Shown: positions 30,154 to 43,705 of the stretch, in pieces
How positions within the stretch are numbered: position 1 is the first letter of the stretch
Layout: every line of letters begins with the position of its first letter
Source: Flectonema sp. DT1601
Lineage: Eukaryota
Reading direction: 5' to 3'
Assembly: GCA_964019425.1 (NCBI GenBank)
Contig: OZ025793.1
Location: 186,001 to 250,000, forward strand
DNA: 64,000 nucleotides
The notes under the pieces: generated by a model
What the model was told of the DNA's origin: nothing
Seen by the model: only the letters and a program-made list of their open reading frames with translations
Databases searched by the model: none
Made by a program: the position numbers and the translations under genes

Positions 30154-33100
30154 GTTTCGTGTTTTAAGAAGCAAACTGTTTAGTGAAAATAATAAGGGAA
30201 AGCAACAAGGGAATTCACCAATAATATTCCAATCAACATATCGTAATGTAAGTATCGAATACAGTGACAGCAAATACTGTCAAAAGTGTTTTAGTAGTTT
30301 TAAATAAATGAACGTAGTCTCCAGAAACCAGATCTGCTGCCGTACTGGTACAAACTTTCCATTACTTTCATTCCTTCCGTTGACGACCTTCTCAACTCCG
30401 GCTTAGGTTATCTCTGATATGTATGTTTCGCTTCCAGAGTCTCCATTTAGAGTTCCGTTTTTTTTTTTTTTCTCTTCCCCAATCGAACAACTAGGTTTCA
30501 GGGAGAGTGTGCTGTTCGACAAATAAACCACAGGTATCTAGGACCTCCTTACGATGCGTTATGAAATTAGTAGTCCACCACATCCTGCCAAGTAAGTCCA
30601 TTTACTGTTGAAGGAGGCATTAGTATAGAATAAAGGACAAAACAAGTGATTGGAATCTTGGAACAAAGGGAGTATCCTGACTACTGCACTGAAGTGGCAA
30701 CAGCCAGGGCTGAGGAGTTCCTCCCCCTCAAAACAAGGCAGAGATTGGTTTTCATGACTCTCGCAACCCTCCAACGCCTCTCAGAGATGTCTTCCCGACG
30801 AGAAGGGTTAATTAAAAGTTGCTCTTTGTTTGTTTTTTCTTCTTTCCATATATTCAGGAATGATCTCCGAAGTGTTTCCCGCTGGAGAGAATACTTTCAA
30901 CTCAACCCAGCAGAATTGCACTCCGTTCTACACGTGAACAGCAGTTTCTCGCAAACTCGACCAGACGAGAATCAAATAATATTATGATCTTTGACAACAG
31001 AGAGAGACCTCTGCAGCACAACAACAGCTGCAGGTCCTTGGGAGCCGTCACTACGAAAACAGGTTTCAGAGAGAGAGTGTGTGTGTGTGTGTTATTTGAT
31101 GAAAGAGTATGTAGGATCACACCAAGGCACAGTAAACACATTTCAGAATAGTGTAGATGTGCTGGTTAAATGTGATTCTTACTTTGCTATTGCGCGGTTG
31201 ATAATACTGTTGAATTGAGATCGGGCTCAGTGCAATCAGCCTGTCCAGCGCGTTTATTCAATCATGAGATTCGTGAAACTTTTACACCTCAGTTTATGAC
31301 ATCACACAAGTTACGCGAGACATCGTCCCCTTACATTAATTATAATATACGAGAACTAAACCACAGGTATCTAGGACCTCCTTACGATGCGTTATGAAAT
31401 TAGTAGTCCACCACATCCTGCCAAGTAAGTCCATTTACTGTTGAAGGAGGCATTAGTATAGAATAAAGGACAAAACAAGTGATTGGAATCTTGGAACAAA
31501 GGGAGTATCCTGACTACTGCACTGAAGTGGCAACAGCCAGGGCTGAGGAGTTCCTCCCCCTCAAAACAAGGCAGAGATTGGTTTTCATGACTCTCGCAAC
31601 CCTCCAACGCCTCTCAGGGATGTCTTCCCGACGAGAAGGGTTAATTAAAAGTTGCTCTTTTCGCTTACATTACAAATTGCTATCACAAAAGCAAGTGAGT
31701 GTACGACACGCAGGCAGATGGCGACAGAAAGCATACAAACGACTACAATGAAGTTGGGAATAACAGAGAGCTCAGAGAATGTCAACGCTGTGTAGAATTA
31801 CGAAAGTATCCGCAACACCCTTTTCGGGATTCGGAGTCCAGTGCCCTGGTATAATTCTATCATCATAGCAACAGGAAGATTAAAATAAGTGATTGGAATC
31901 TTGGAACAAAGGGAGTATCCTGACTACTGCACTGAAGTGGCAACAGCCAGGGCTGAGGAGTTCCTCCCCCTCAAAACAAGGCAGAGATTGGTTTTCATGA
32001 CTCTCGCAACCCTCCAACGCCTCTCAGAGATGTCTTCCCGACGAGAAGGGTTAATTAAAAGTTGCTCTTTGTTTGTTTTTTCTTCTTTCCATATATTCAG
32101 GAATGATCTCCGAAGTGTTTCCCGCTGGAGAGAATACTTTCAACTCAACCCAGCAGAATTGCACTCCGTTCTACACGTGAACAGCAGTTTCTCGCAAACT
32201 CGACCAGACGAGAATCAAATAATATTATGATCTTTGACAACAGAGAGAGACCTCTGCAGCACAACAACAGCTGCAGGTCCTTGGGAGCCGTCACTACGAA
32301 AACAAAGCGTCTTTGCAAACGAACAGCTCATCCCAAGAATTCGCAAACTCTTGTGAATCACTTCGTCAGTACCTTCAAGACAACAACTCAACCCATTGTA
32401 TCGTGAGCAGAATGACAAGTCTGCTGCCTCTTTCACACTCCTCGATATGCACTCATCTGCGCTGTATTCTCTCATGTCCACATGAGATGTGTTGGTAGTA
32501 CAAAATAACACAAACAGCGCTAAGCTAAGAAACTTCTCATTCAAAATAACAAAGTTTCGTGAAACTACTGAAAAGAATAAAACATTTTACAATACACATT
32601 ATCACTCTCCTCTAAAACAAACAGTATTTCGTAGAGAAAGCGTGTGACTTCATTTTCTTCTTGGCGGAGCAAACTGTCGTGAAAAAAGTACGGTTGTCGG
32701 ACACGGGAAAATGATGAAACGAAAAAATAAACAGCGCACGCAGCTCGTACCTCTCTTCACCCTCTTCAAGAGCAGAATAGAAGACCCCTTTTTCGCGGGA
32801 AGCACCACTCGCCCCATCTCATCTAGACAAAAAAAAAAAACGATCACCGCGCGAACGCAGATGTCATCATCGTTCCGTCCAGGAAGAGAGATTGAGAGAG
32901 AGGGAGAGTGTACTTTACCAGAGGGCAACAAACTCACAGCGTAGTGGACAAGCTCATGCTTGCGCAACGAATCGTGACAAAGAGAGGAATTACTTGGAAA
33001 AAGAAAAAAGAAAGGAGAGGATGGTGCGGGGCCGCGATGCGCATTCGGACTCCCGATAGGTGTAGTTAAAAATTAAAAACAAACAAAAAGAAATGGAAAA

Positions 33101-33380
33101 AGAAAACAGGGTAGTAGCACCCATTCACTTACTTTTGAACGACAACAAGCTTACTTCATTTTACAGGACGAACCGAGGAGCGAGAAAACGAAAACCACCA
33201 ACCAACCAACCAACCAAGGGCCGGCGGCATCCCAATTCTCACGCACGGATGGAATCGACTTCCTTGCTGACGAGTTCGGTCTCCGACTAGATGACTTTAC
33301 GGAAAAGCAGGTGGTGGAAGGTACTAAAACAATTAAGATTAGAGGCATATATGAGGTGATGATAAGTGTCGTGCGGTCGA

Positions 33381-34112
33381 TTACGGAAATGACATTGACG
33401 GCGTTGGTGGAAGTGGAAGCTGCGTGGCATCAGCGCAGTTCTTCGAACAAGTGGACTCCTGGTGTGGACCCGATGGGCCTCGTTTACCACCACCACCACC
33501 ACCACCACCAACAACGATCTGCTTTGCATCGCAAACCGTGCCGGTCTCTCCTGAGTTCAACAACTTGCTAAAGACCCCGACGTACTTCCCAACCTTGGCC
33601 GGACACACGACCTCCGTTCCGCTAAAGGTCTTGTGGTACACCAACATCGGATGGCTTGCCCCGCTGTTCTGGAACTTCGGCCCGCAGCTGCGAACTTCCC
33701 ATCCGTTGTTCACGAGACCATCGAATCCTCCGTTGATGTCCCCCGAGCAACCAGGGCAGTGGTAGGTTACGATGTAGAAGACGCATTTCTTTGGATGGCA
33801 GTAGCAATCCAGCTCGATCGTGTCTCCGGTGCACGTGTCCTGCCCAAAGATTCCCGAGGTCGGGACTCCGGGTGTCCCCAGATCCTGCGCGAAATCGTAG
33901 TACTTGCTCTGCGGGTGATTGTGCAAGAAATCGGGCACCATAGTAAGCGGGCTGTGCGATCCCCCAACAGTCAACGACGCGGGCAAAGTGGGAAAGGTTT
34001 TCACTTCTGCGACTGACAACCCGTTGAGAAACACGCCAGTGGAACACCCGCCCTGGACCCCTCCCAGCATTCCCACCAATATCATTGACAACAAGGCTGC
34101 GTGTGCTTTCAT
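33381..34112 (-). CDS. Secreted cysteine-rich protein (243 aa), copy 2
   Basis: Same translation as copy 1. Confidence 0.8.
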   Translation of the reverse strand: MKAHAALLSMILVGMLGGVQGGCSTGVFLNGLSVAEVKTFPTLPASLTVGGSHSPLTMVPDFLHNHPQSKYYDFAQDLGTPGVPTSGIFGQDTCTGDTIELDCYCHPKKCVFYIVTYHCPGCSGDINGGFDGLVNNGWEVRSCGPKFQNSGASHPMLVYHKTFSGTEVVCPAKVGKYVGVFSKLLNSGETGTVCDAKQIVVGGGGGGGGKRGPSGPHQESTCSKNCADATQLPLPPTPSMSFP

Positions 34113-36205
34113 TTTCCTCTTGGTAAATTAAACTGTTGAGAAAAAGTACGGTAGTCGGACAAGGAAACGCAAAAAGAAACACGGGCACACACTTTCACCT
34201 TCAAGAGCAGAACCCCTCCTTTGTGAGAGGCATCACTCACCGCATCTTATATTCTGAAGATAGTGCGGGGACGCAATGGAAAGAAACAAGTAGCCCACCA
34301 CATCCTGCCAAGTAAGTCCATTTGCTGTTAAAGGAGGCACTAGTATAAAATAAAGGACAGTAGAAAGGTGACCTTCCACTGTTGAGTGGAACACAATCTC
34401 TGCAAGTGAGTGGCCTGCAGATGTGCAGGGTCACCCTATCGAAGACGCTTGCATCTTCACGAATTTCGACGAGTCTCATGTTGATGAGCTCGCTTGCAAA
34501 AGATGCGGGTGTCAGATTGAGACGCTTACGGAAAGGAATGCGTCGCCATTCCTTTCCATTCCTTGTACATCGATCGATTTGGATGTCCAATTTGTGCCTG
34601 GCTGATGAGCAAAGGAGATCGTCCACTTCCGACAAAGATTGTTTGTCAGGAAGAAGAAGTACACAGTGAAAAACGATCATTTGACGATTGGGCTGCAATC
34701 AAAAGTTATTTGCAGCGTGACGACGTGGGGAACATCAATGGGCAACGCCGTGATCTTGGAGGCAATGTCCGTGAAGCTGGATACCCGTTATGGCCCGTTC
34801 CTAGAACGAGCGCGGGACGCGCCCTCAAGGGACTCAACACACGAGGCTCGTGTTTTGAATGGAGCGATTCAGGCGTTGTTGCCTGCAGCGTACCGCAACA
34901 GCAACGTTAGAGATTCGTTGCAGCTGATGGTTACGAGGCTGGACGCGTTGAGGCTCGATATGGTTTCTCGCAGGACGCCGTTGTTGCATTTACACAGGAT
35001 GCGTTACATGCGGTGGGACACAACGCGGAGATCACTGAGACGAAATTCCGAAACGCTCTGTTGGAAGCAGACGCAGATCAAAAGCAAAACGAGAGAAAAG
35101 AGGAACAAGGCAGAGATTGGTTTTCATGACTCTTGCAACCCTCCAACGCCTCTCAGAGATGTCTTCCCGACAAGAAGGGTTAATTAAAAGTTGCTCTTTG
35201 TTTGTTTTTTCTTCTTTCCATAAATTCAGGAATGATCTCCGAAGTGTTTCCCGCTGGAGAGAATACTTTCAACTCAACCCAGCAGAATTGCACTCCGTTC
35301 TACACGTGAACAGCAGTTTCTCGCAAACTCGACCAGACGAGAATCAAATAATAATATGATCTTTGACAACAGAGAGAGACCTCTGCAGCACAACAACAGC
35401 TGCAGGTCCTTGGGAGCTGTCACTACGAAAACAGTTAGTTATGAAAAAAGTTAAAATCATTTCTCCCCCTTTCTCGCATACTTTTAACGATACCCTGATA
35501 AAGAAATAAAAATGAGTTGTAACGCAGCAGCTAATGATTAGCCATCTAAGAATAAGAAGACAGAGTGTTAGCTAATGTTATATTATGCAGGCACCGTCAA
35601 AAAGGATATCGGGGCAAGAATGTCTTCAACCGTTGCATTCCCAACCCGAAAGTCAATTAAGTTACCATCATCAGTTAGAGCGCATTGGTATGTTAGGCAT
35701 CGATCATCGATATATTGGGTAAAGTGGTGTAGAGTGAGGCACCATCGTGCAGTTGGGTGCACGGTGATTGAAAAGAAAATTAAAAAGGTGTGTCACTTTG
35801 AAGCACTACGTCACCAACACAATAGTGGGACAGGCAAACAAGTGATCGTCGATCACCCCAACAGTCAGTAAGATTGAGTGAGTGAGTGAGTGGCCTTGCA
35901 AGGGAACAAATTAAGCTTGACAGGCCTCCCCTTTTTCCATTTAACTAAAAGGGTTGCATGGTGATCGTCGGTCACCCTAACAGAGCAATACATCAGTAAG
36001 AGGGGGTGAGGAAGTGAGGAGTGAGTTTGAGAAATAAAACCTTGCAGGCTAATATTCCTCCCCTGTTTTTTTCAGGGTATATAATTTTATAAAGGGATTA
36101 ACGAAAGAGGAAGCAAAATGAGCCAAGCGGGCCTTCTGCAATCCGCTAGTAATATAATACTGGAGAGGAAATCATAATTAAAACACATCATTTTATATAA
36201 AACAT

Positions 36206-36237
<32 letters not shown>

Positions 36238-36378
36238 CTTGATTTGATTTGATTGTATGAAGATACTCGTTGAAAAAGGAATTGTCCAACAAAGGGAACT
36301 CTATTTTCTAGCGAATTCTCACCTGAAAGTCGCATCATCTTCAAAACTGCTAGTTATTTTATTAGAGTCCCGCTTTGC

Positions 36379-39300
36379 TCAAATGCGCAACTCAGAAACG
36401 AAGTCTTTCTTCTCCTCGTTGTTGACCGCAGGATGGCTCATCGTTGTCAGAGAGGTCATGTCGATACCTTGGTGACTAGCAGCGAAATCGTCAGCCGCCT
36501 TCGACCGTCTGTAGAACACGGTAGCAACAGCCACCAACACACATCCGGCAACCACCGACACAGCTGTTATCAAGATAGGAAGAAAACCCTTGCTGCTCTC
36601 ATCTTCCTTCTTGCTCTTCTCTTCTTCTACCGCAGTTTCATCATCATCTGCAGCTCCTCTCTGCATCTCCCACTCTTCGTGCATGGCTACAACTCCGGGA
36701 AGTTGCTTCTTGTTGAAAGCGCGCACCAGTCCCACAGCGCTTCCCCCTTCGATTTCAAAAGCCACAACACTTCCTTCCTCCTTCCCATCGTTTTCCAGAG
36801 CAGCAGCCCTCCTCGAATCCGTGCCGTCAAGCTTCAAGCACGTCGAAGAATCTCCAACCGAAGCACCACCACAGCTCCCTTGTGGACAGGCGCTGCTCGG
36901 GCAGATGAATTTGAACGATATCTGAACCTCAGGATTAAATAACCCCTGCAGCATGTTTCCGAATTGCGTCTTCGCAAAGGAACCAATTCCCCTTCTCAAC
37001 ACCAACCGCACCAACTTTCTCGCTCTAGACGCCTCGCTCGCACTACCAAAGCATTTCGTCTTCCCAGCAGGACAGGTACCCGACTTCGGGATCGCACTGC
37101 ACGTGTTCTTTGCACCCTTTCCCCTACTCGTACAGTACACACCTCCCTTCTTCCCGCTTTCGCAATTTCCGCAAACAGGTGCCTTCTCCCCCAGCTCTCC
37201 CCCCGACACTGGAGGCTCGCTACTTCCGAATTCCCTGCAAGCCTCGCCTTCACAAGCTTTTGCACATCTAGCCGATCCCGCGCTTCTCTGAAAACACTTC
37301 AGACCGTCAGAGCAGCAGTGCGGTGCGGCAATGCAACTTCCCCACTCCGAGATAGTCTCACCGCAGGCGTTGATTTGTTCTCCTTCCCCCCCTTCTCCCG
37401 GAAATGGTCCTTCCCCCCCTTCTCCTGGTCCTTCCCCTCCTTCTTCTGGTTGCGGAGTCGGTCCACCTTCTTCGCCTTCTTCATCAGGTTGGGGGGTAGG
37501 TTCGCCGCCACCTTCTTCTCCTTCAGGCTGCGGTGTTGGTGATTCGCCACCTTCTTCTCCTTCAGGTTGTGGAGTTGGCCCGCCACCTTCTTCTCCTTCA
37601 GGTTGTGGAGTTGGTCCGCCACCTTCTTCTCCTTCAGGTTGTGGAGTTGGTCCGCCACCTTCTTCTCCTTCAGGTTGTGGAGTTGGTCCGCCACCTTCTT
37701 CTCCTTCAGGTTGTGGAGTTGGTCCGCCACCTTCTTCTCCTTCAGGTTGTGGAGTTGGTCCGCCACCTTCTTCTCCTTCCGGCTGCGGAGTTGGTTCGCC
37801 ACCCTCTTCTCCTTCAGGTTGTGGAGTAGGTTCGCCACCCTCTTCTCCTTCAGGCTGCGGAGTTGGCCCACCTCCTTCTTCGGGTTGCGGAGTTGGTGAT
37901 TCGCCTTCTGGCTGGGGGGTTGGCCCACCTCCTTCCTCAGGCTGCGGTGTTGGTGATTCACCTTCTGGCTGGGGAGTTGGCCCACCTCCTTCTTCAGGTT
38001 GCGGTGTTGGTGATTCGCCTTCTGGCTGGGGAGTTGGCCCACCTCCTTCTTCAGGTTGCGGTGTTGGTGATTCTCCTTCCGGCTGCGGTGTTGGCGTTGG
38101 CTGGCCGCCTTCTTCGGGTTGTGGTGTTGGCTGGCCGGGTGGAGTTGGCGTTTCTCCTTCTGGCTGCGGTGTTGGCGTTGGTTGACTGCCATCTTCAGGT
38201 TGTGGTGTTGGCTGGCCGGGTGGAGTTGGCGTTTCTCCTTCTGGCTGCGGCGTTGGCGTTGGTTGACTGCCATCTTCAGGTTGTGGTGTTGGCTGGCCGG
38301 GTGGAGTTGGTGTTGGCTGGCCGGGTGGAGTTGGTGTTGGCTGGCCGGGTGGAGTTGGCGTTGGCTGGCCGGGTGGAGTTGGTGTTGGCTGGCCGGGTGG
38401 AGTTGGCGTTGGCTGGCCGGGTGGAGTTGGCGTTGGCTGGCCGGGTGGAGTTGGTGTTGGCTGGCCGGGTGGAGTTGGCGTTGGCTGGCCGGGTGGAGTT
38501 GGCGTTGGCTGACCGGGTGGAGTTGGCGTTTCTCCTTGTGGCTGCGGTGTTGGCGTTGGCTGGCCGGGTGGAGTTGGCGTTGGCTGGCTGGGTGGAGTTG
38601 GCGTTTCTCCTTCCGGCTGCGGTGTTGGTACAGTTGGCACAGCTGTTGGCACAGCTGTTGGCACGGATGTCGGTACAATTGGTACGGATGTTGGCACAGC
38701 TGTCGGTACGGATGTCGGTACAATTGGCACAGATGTTGGCACAGCTGTCGGTACGGATGTCGGTACAATTGGCACAGATGTCGGCACAGCTGTTGGCACG
38801 GATGTCGGTACAATTGGCACAGATGTTGGTACAGCTGTTGGCACGGATGTCGGTACAATTGGCACAGATGTTGGCACAGCTGTCGGTACGGATGTCGGTA
38901 CAATTGGCACAGATGTCGGCACAGCTGTTGGTACGGATGTCGGCACAGCTGTTGGCTTTGGAGGCTGAGGTGGTGGTGTGTATGGCGGGCGAGGTGTGTA
39001 TGGCGGGCGAGGTGTGCATGGTGGCGGCGGAGTCGGCACGCAGCCGGGCTTACCAGGTCGGGTTCTCCGTGAAGGAGGGGTTCTCCGTGAAGGAGGTCTT
39101 CTCCAACGATTAATCGAAGGCCCAGACGGTGTCGTCGGATTGGTCGGTGCAGGGAACGGCTTCGCCAACATGCCGTGTGAGAGCTCCTTGTCTGCAGGAA
39201 GCTGTTGCAGAAGCTTCTGCGTCAGGCCGTGCAGGAAAAACTGTCCCTTCGCATTTTTTCGGGGATCCGACGACTGGTAATTGAAGTCGACGTCAATTCC

Positions 39301-39747
39301 ATCAAATCCCTGATTGAGTACGATATCAATAAGTTGCTTGGCTACAAACCCTTCCTTTCCAAAACAATATTCCCAGCAGTCGTTGCCAGTGGTGCTGCTG
39401 CCGCCACCGTTCCGTTGCGAACCGGAACCGTCCATTCCGCCATCACCGAACTCCAAGATGACCTTCTTTCCATCCGACTGCCACTGCGATACCAGCATTG
39501 CGTTTGCTTGGTTGTCGCAAACCGGAACCGGACTCCCGATCTCACATTGAGTGTTACAGCTGTTCATACCGGGTGATCCGTCATAAGTTACCGCAGAGGA
39601 GATCAACAGCGTCTTGAACCCGTCGGTCTGATCAGCAGTCGGGCAGGTTTTCCAGTTCTCGACATACGCAGCACTGGTGGGGTTCTGAAAACAATCAGCT
39701 CCACGAGCGAGTGACAGGAGCAACAGTGGAATTCCTTCCTTAATCAT
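36379..39747 (-). CDS. Membrane pseudo-chitinase copy 4 (1122 aa)
   Basis: As copy 1 with +4 PTPTPPGQ units, -1 12-aa unit and -7 aa in the PTAVP region. Confidence 0.85.
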   Translation of the reverse strand: MIKEGIPLLLLSLARGADCFQNPTSAAYVENWKTCPTADQTDGFKTLLISSAVTYDGSPGMNSCNTQCEIGSPVPVCDNQANAMLVSQWQSDGKKVILEFGDGGMDGSGSQRNGGGSSTTGNDCWEYCFGKEGFVAKQLIDIVLNQGFDGIDVDFNYQSSDPRKNAKGQFFLHGLTQKLLQQLPADKELSHGMLAKPFPAPTNPTTPSGPSINRWRRPPSRRTPPSRRTRPGKPGCVPTPPPPCTPRPPYTPRPPYTPPPQPPKPTAVPTSVPTAVPTSVPIVPTSVPTAVPTSVPIVPTSVPTAVPTSVPIVPTSVPTAVPTSVPIVPTSVPTAVPTSVPIVPTSVPTAVPTSVPIVPTSVPTAVPTAVPTVPTPQPEGETPTPPSQPTPTPPGQPTPTPQPQGETPTPPGQPTPTPPGQPTPTPPGQPTPTPPGQPTPTPPGQPTPTPPGQPTPTPPGQPTPTPPGQPTPTPPGQPTPTPPGQPTPQPEDGSQPTPTPQPEGETPTPPGQPTPQPEDGSQPTPTPQPEGETPTPPGQPTPQPEEGGQPTPTPQPEGESPTPQPEEGGGPTPQPEGESPTPQPEEGGGPTPQPEGESPTPQPEEGGGPTPQPEGESPTPQPEEGGGPTPQPEGEEGGEPTPQPEGEEGGEPTPQPEGEEGGGPTPQPEGEEGGGPTPQPEGEEGGGPTPQPEGEEGGGPTPQPEGEEGGGPTPQPEGEEGGGPTPQPEGEEGGESPTPQPEGEEGGGEPTPQPDEEGEEGGPTPQPEEGGEGPGEGGEGPFPGEGGEGEQINACGETISEWGSCIAAPHCCSDGLKCFQRSAGSARCAKACEGEACREFGSSEPPVSGGELGEKAPVCGNCESGKKGGVYCTSRGKGAKNTCSAIPKSGTCPAGKTKCFGSASEASRARKLVRLVLRRGIGSFAKTQFGNMLQGLFNPEVQISFKFICPSSACPQGSCGGASVGDSSTCLKLDGTDSRRAAALENDGKEEGSVVAFEIEGGSAVGLVRAFNKKQLPGVVAMHEEWEMQRGAADDDETAVEEEKSKKEDESSKGFLPILITAVSVVAGCVLVAVATVFYRRSKAADDFAASHQGIDMTSLTTMSHPAVNNEEKKDFVSELRI

Positions 39748-42700
39748 GTTTCGTGTTTTAAGAAGCAAACTGTTTAGTGAAAATAATAAGGGAAAGCAAC
39801 AAGGGAATTCACCAATAATATTCCAATCAACATATCGTAATGTAAGTATCGAATACAGTGACAGCAAATACTGTCAAAAGTGTTTTAGTAGTTTTAAATA
39901 AATGAACGTAGTCTCCAGAAACCAGATCTGCTGCCGTACTGGTACAAACTTTCCATTACTTTCATTCCTTCCGTTGACGACCTTCTCAACTCCGGCTTAG
40001 GTTATCTCTGATATGTATGTTTCGCTTCCAGAGTCTCCATTTAGAGTTCCGTTTTTTTTTTTTTTCTCTTCCCCAATCGAACAACTAGGTTTCAGGGAGA
40101 GTGTGCTGTTCGACAAATAAACCACAGGTATCTAGGACCTCCTTACGATGCGTTATGAAATTAGTAGTCCACCACATCCTGCCAAGTAAGTCCATTTACT
40201 GTTGAAGGAGGCATTAGTATAGAATAAAGGACAAAACAAGTGATTGGAATCTTGGAACAAAGGGAGTATCCTGACTACTGCACTGAAGTGGCAACAGCCA
40301 GGGCTGAGGAGTTCCTCCCCCTCAAAACAAGGCAGAGATTGGTTTTCATGACTCTCGCAACCCTCCAACGCCTCTCAGAGATGTCTTCCCGACGAGAAGG
40401 GTTAATTAAAAGTTGCTCTTTGTTTGTTTTTTCTTCTTTCCATATATTCAGGAATGATCTCCGAAGTGTTTCCCGCTGGAGAGAATACTTTCAACTCAAC
40501 CCAGCAGAATTGCACTCCGTTCTACACGTGAACAGCAGTTTCTCGCAAACTCGACCAGACGAGAATCAAATAATATTATGATCTTTGACAACAGAGAGAG
40601 ACCTCTGCAGCACAACAACAGCTGCAGGTCCTTGGGAGCCGTCACTACGAAAACAGGTTTCAGAGAGAGAGTGTGTGTGTGTGTGTTATTTGATGAAAGA
40701 GTATGTAGGATCACACCAAGGCACAGTAAACACATTTCAGAATAGTGTAGATGTGCTGGTTAAATGTGATTCTTACTTTGCTATTGCGCGGTTGATAATA
40801 CTGTTGAATTGAGATCGGGCTCAGTGCAATCAGCCTGTCCAGCGCGTTTATTCAATCATGAGATTCGTGAAACTTTTACACCTCAGTTTATGACATCACA
40901 CAAGTTACGCGAGACATCGTCCCCTTACATTAATTATAATATACGAGAACTAAACCACAGGTATCTAGGACCTCCTTACGATGCGTTATGAAATTAGTAG
41001 TCCACCACATCCTGCCAAGTAAGTCCATTTACTGTTGAAGGAGGCATTAGTATAGAATAAAGGACAAAACAAGTGATTGGAATCTTGGAACAAAGGGAGT
41101 ATCCTGACTACTGCACTGAAGTGGCAACAGCCAGGGCTGAGGAGTTCCTCTTCTCAAAACAAGGCAGAGATTGGTTTTCATGACTCTCGCAACCCTCCAA
41201 CGCCTCTCAGGGATGTCTTCCCGACGAGAAGGGTTAATTAAAAGTTGCTCTTTTCGCTTACATTACAAATTGCTATCACAAAAGCAAGTGAGTGTACGAC
41301 ACGCAGGCAGATGGCGACAGAAAGCATACAAACGACTACAATGAAGTTGGGAATAACAGAGAGCTCAGAGAATGTCAACGCTGTGTAGAATTACGAAAGT
41401 ATCCGCAACACCCTTTTCGGGATTCGGAGTCCAGTGCCCTGGTATAATTCTATCATCATAGCAACAGGAAGATTAAAATAAGTGATTGGAATCTTGGAAC
41501 AAAGGGAGTATCCTGACTACTGCACTGAAGTGGCAACAGCCAGGGCTGAGGAGTTCCTCCCCCTCAAAACAAGGCAGAGATTGGTTTTCATGACTCTCGC
41601 AACCCTCCAACGCCTCTCAGAGATGTCTTCCCGACGAGAAGGGTTAATTAAAAGTTGCTCTTTGTTTGTTTTTTCTTCTTTCCATATATTCAGGAATGAT
41701 CTCCGAAGTGTTTCCCGCTGGAGAGAATACTTTCAACTCAACCCAGCAGAATTGCACTCCGTTCTACACGTGAACAGCAGTTTCTCGCAAACTCGACCAG
41801 ACGAGAATCAAATAATATTATGATCTTTGACAACAGAGAGAGACCTCTGCAGCACAACAACAGCTGCAGGTCCTTGGGAGCCGTCACTACGAAAACAAAG
41901 CGTCTTTGCAAACGAACAGCTCATCCCAAGAATTCGCAAACTCTTGTGAATCACTTCGTCAGTACCTTCAAGACAACAACTCAACCCATTGTATCGTGAG
42001 CAGAATGACAAGTCTGCTGCCTCTTTCACACTCCTCGATATGCACTCATCTGCGCTGTATTCTCTCATGTCCACATGAGATGTGTTGGTAGTACAAAATA
42101 ACACAAACAGCGCTAAGCTAAGAAACTTCTCATTCAAAATAACAAAGTTTCGTGAAACTACTGAAAAGAATAAAACATTTTACAATACACATTATCACTC
42201 TCCTCTAAAACAAACAGTATTTCGTAGAGAAAGCGTGTGACTTCATTTTCTTCTTGGCGGAGCAAACTGTCGTGAAAAAAGTACGGTTGTCGGACACGGG
42301 AAAATGATGAAACGAAAAAATAAACAGCGCACGCAGCTCGTACCTCTCTTCACCCTCTTCAAGAGCAGAATAGAAGACCCCTTTTTCGCGGGAAGCACCA
42401 CTCGCCCCATCTCATCTAGACAAAAAAAAAAAACGATCACCGCGCGAACGCAGATGTCATCATCGTTCCGTCCAGGAAGAGAGATTGAGAGAGAGGGAGA
42501 GTGTACTTTACCAGAGGGCAACAAACTCACAGCGTAGTGGACAAGCTCATGCTTGCGCAACGAATCGTGACAAAGAGAGGAATTACTTGGAAAAAGAAAA
42601 AAGAAAGGAGAGGATGGTGCGGGGCCGCGATGCGCATTCGGACTCCCGATAGGTGTAGTTAAAAATTAAAAACAAACAAAAAGAAATGGAAAAAGAAAAC

Positions 42701-42973
42701 AGGGTAGTAGCACCCATTCACTTACTTTTGAACGACAACAAGCTTACTTCATTTTACAGGACGAACCGAGGAGCGAGAAAACGAAAACCACCAACCAACC
42801 AACCAACCAAGGGCCGGCGGCATCCCAATTCTCACGCACGGATGGAATCGACTTCCTTGCTGACGAGTTCGGTCTCCGACTAGATGACTTTACGGAAAAG
42901 CAGGTGGTGGAAGGTACTAAAACAATTAAGATTAGAGGCATATATGAGGTGATGATAAGTGTCGTGCGGTCGA

Positions 42974-43705
42974 TTACGGAAATGACATTGACGGCGTTGG
43001 TGGAAGTGGAAGCTGCGTGGCATCAGCGCAGTTCTTCGAACAAGTGGACTCCTGGTGTGGACCCGATGGGCCTCGTTTACCACCACCACCACCACCACCA
43101 CCAACAACGATCTGCTTTGCATCGCAAACCGTGCCGGTCTCTCCTGAGTTCAACAACTTGCTAAAGACCCCGACGTACTTCCCAACCTTGGCCGGACACA
43201 CGACCTCCGTTCCGCTAAAGGTCTTGTGGTACACCAACATCGGATGGCTTGCCCCGCTGTTCTGGAACTTCGGCCCGCAGCTGCGAACTTCCCATCCGTT
43301 GTTCACGAGACCATCGAATCCTCCGTTGATGTCCCCCGAGCAACCAGGGCAGTGGTAGGTTACGATGTAGAAGACGCATTTCTTTGGATGGCAGTAGCAA
43401 TCCAGCTCGATCGTGTCTCCGGTGCACGTGTCCTGCCCAAAGATTCCCGAGGTCGGGACTCCGGGTGTCCCCAGATCCTGCGCGAAATCGTAGTACTTGC
43501 TCTGCGGGTGATTGTGCAAGAAATCGGGCACCATAGTAAGCGGGCTGTGCGATCCCCCAACAGTCAACGACGCGGGCAAAGTGGGAAAGGTTTTCACTTC
43601 TGCGACTGACAACCCGTTGAGAAACACGCCAGTGGAACACCCGCCCTGGACCCCTCCCAGCATTCCCACCAATATCATTGACAACAAGGCTGCGTGTGCT
43701 TTCAT
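42974..43705 (-). CDS. Secreted cysteine-rich protein (243 aa), copy 3
   Basis: Same translation as copy 1. Confidence 0.8.
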   Translation of the reverse strand: MKAHAALLSMILVGMLGGVQGGCSTGVFLNGLSVAEVKTFPTLPASLTVGGSHSPLTMVPDFLHNHPQSKYYDFAQDLGTPGVPTSGIFGQDTCTGDTIELDCYCHPKKCVFYIVTYHCPGCSGDINGGFDGLVNNGWEVRSCGPKFQNSGASHPMLVYHKTFSGTEVVCPAKVGKYVGVFSKLLNSGETGTVCDAKQIVVGGGGGGGGKRGPSGPHQESTCSKNCADATQLPLPPTPSMSFP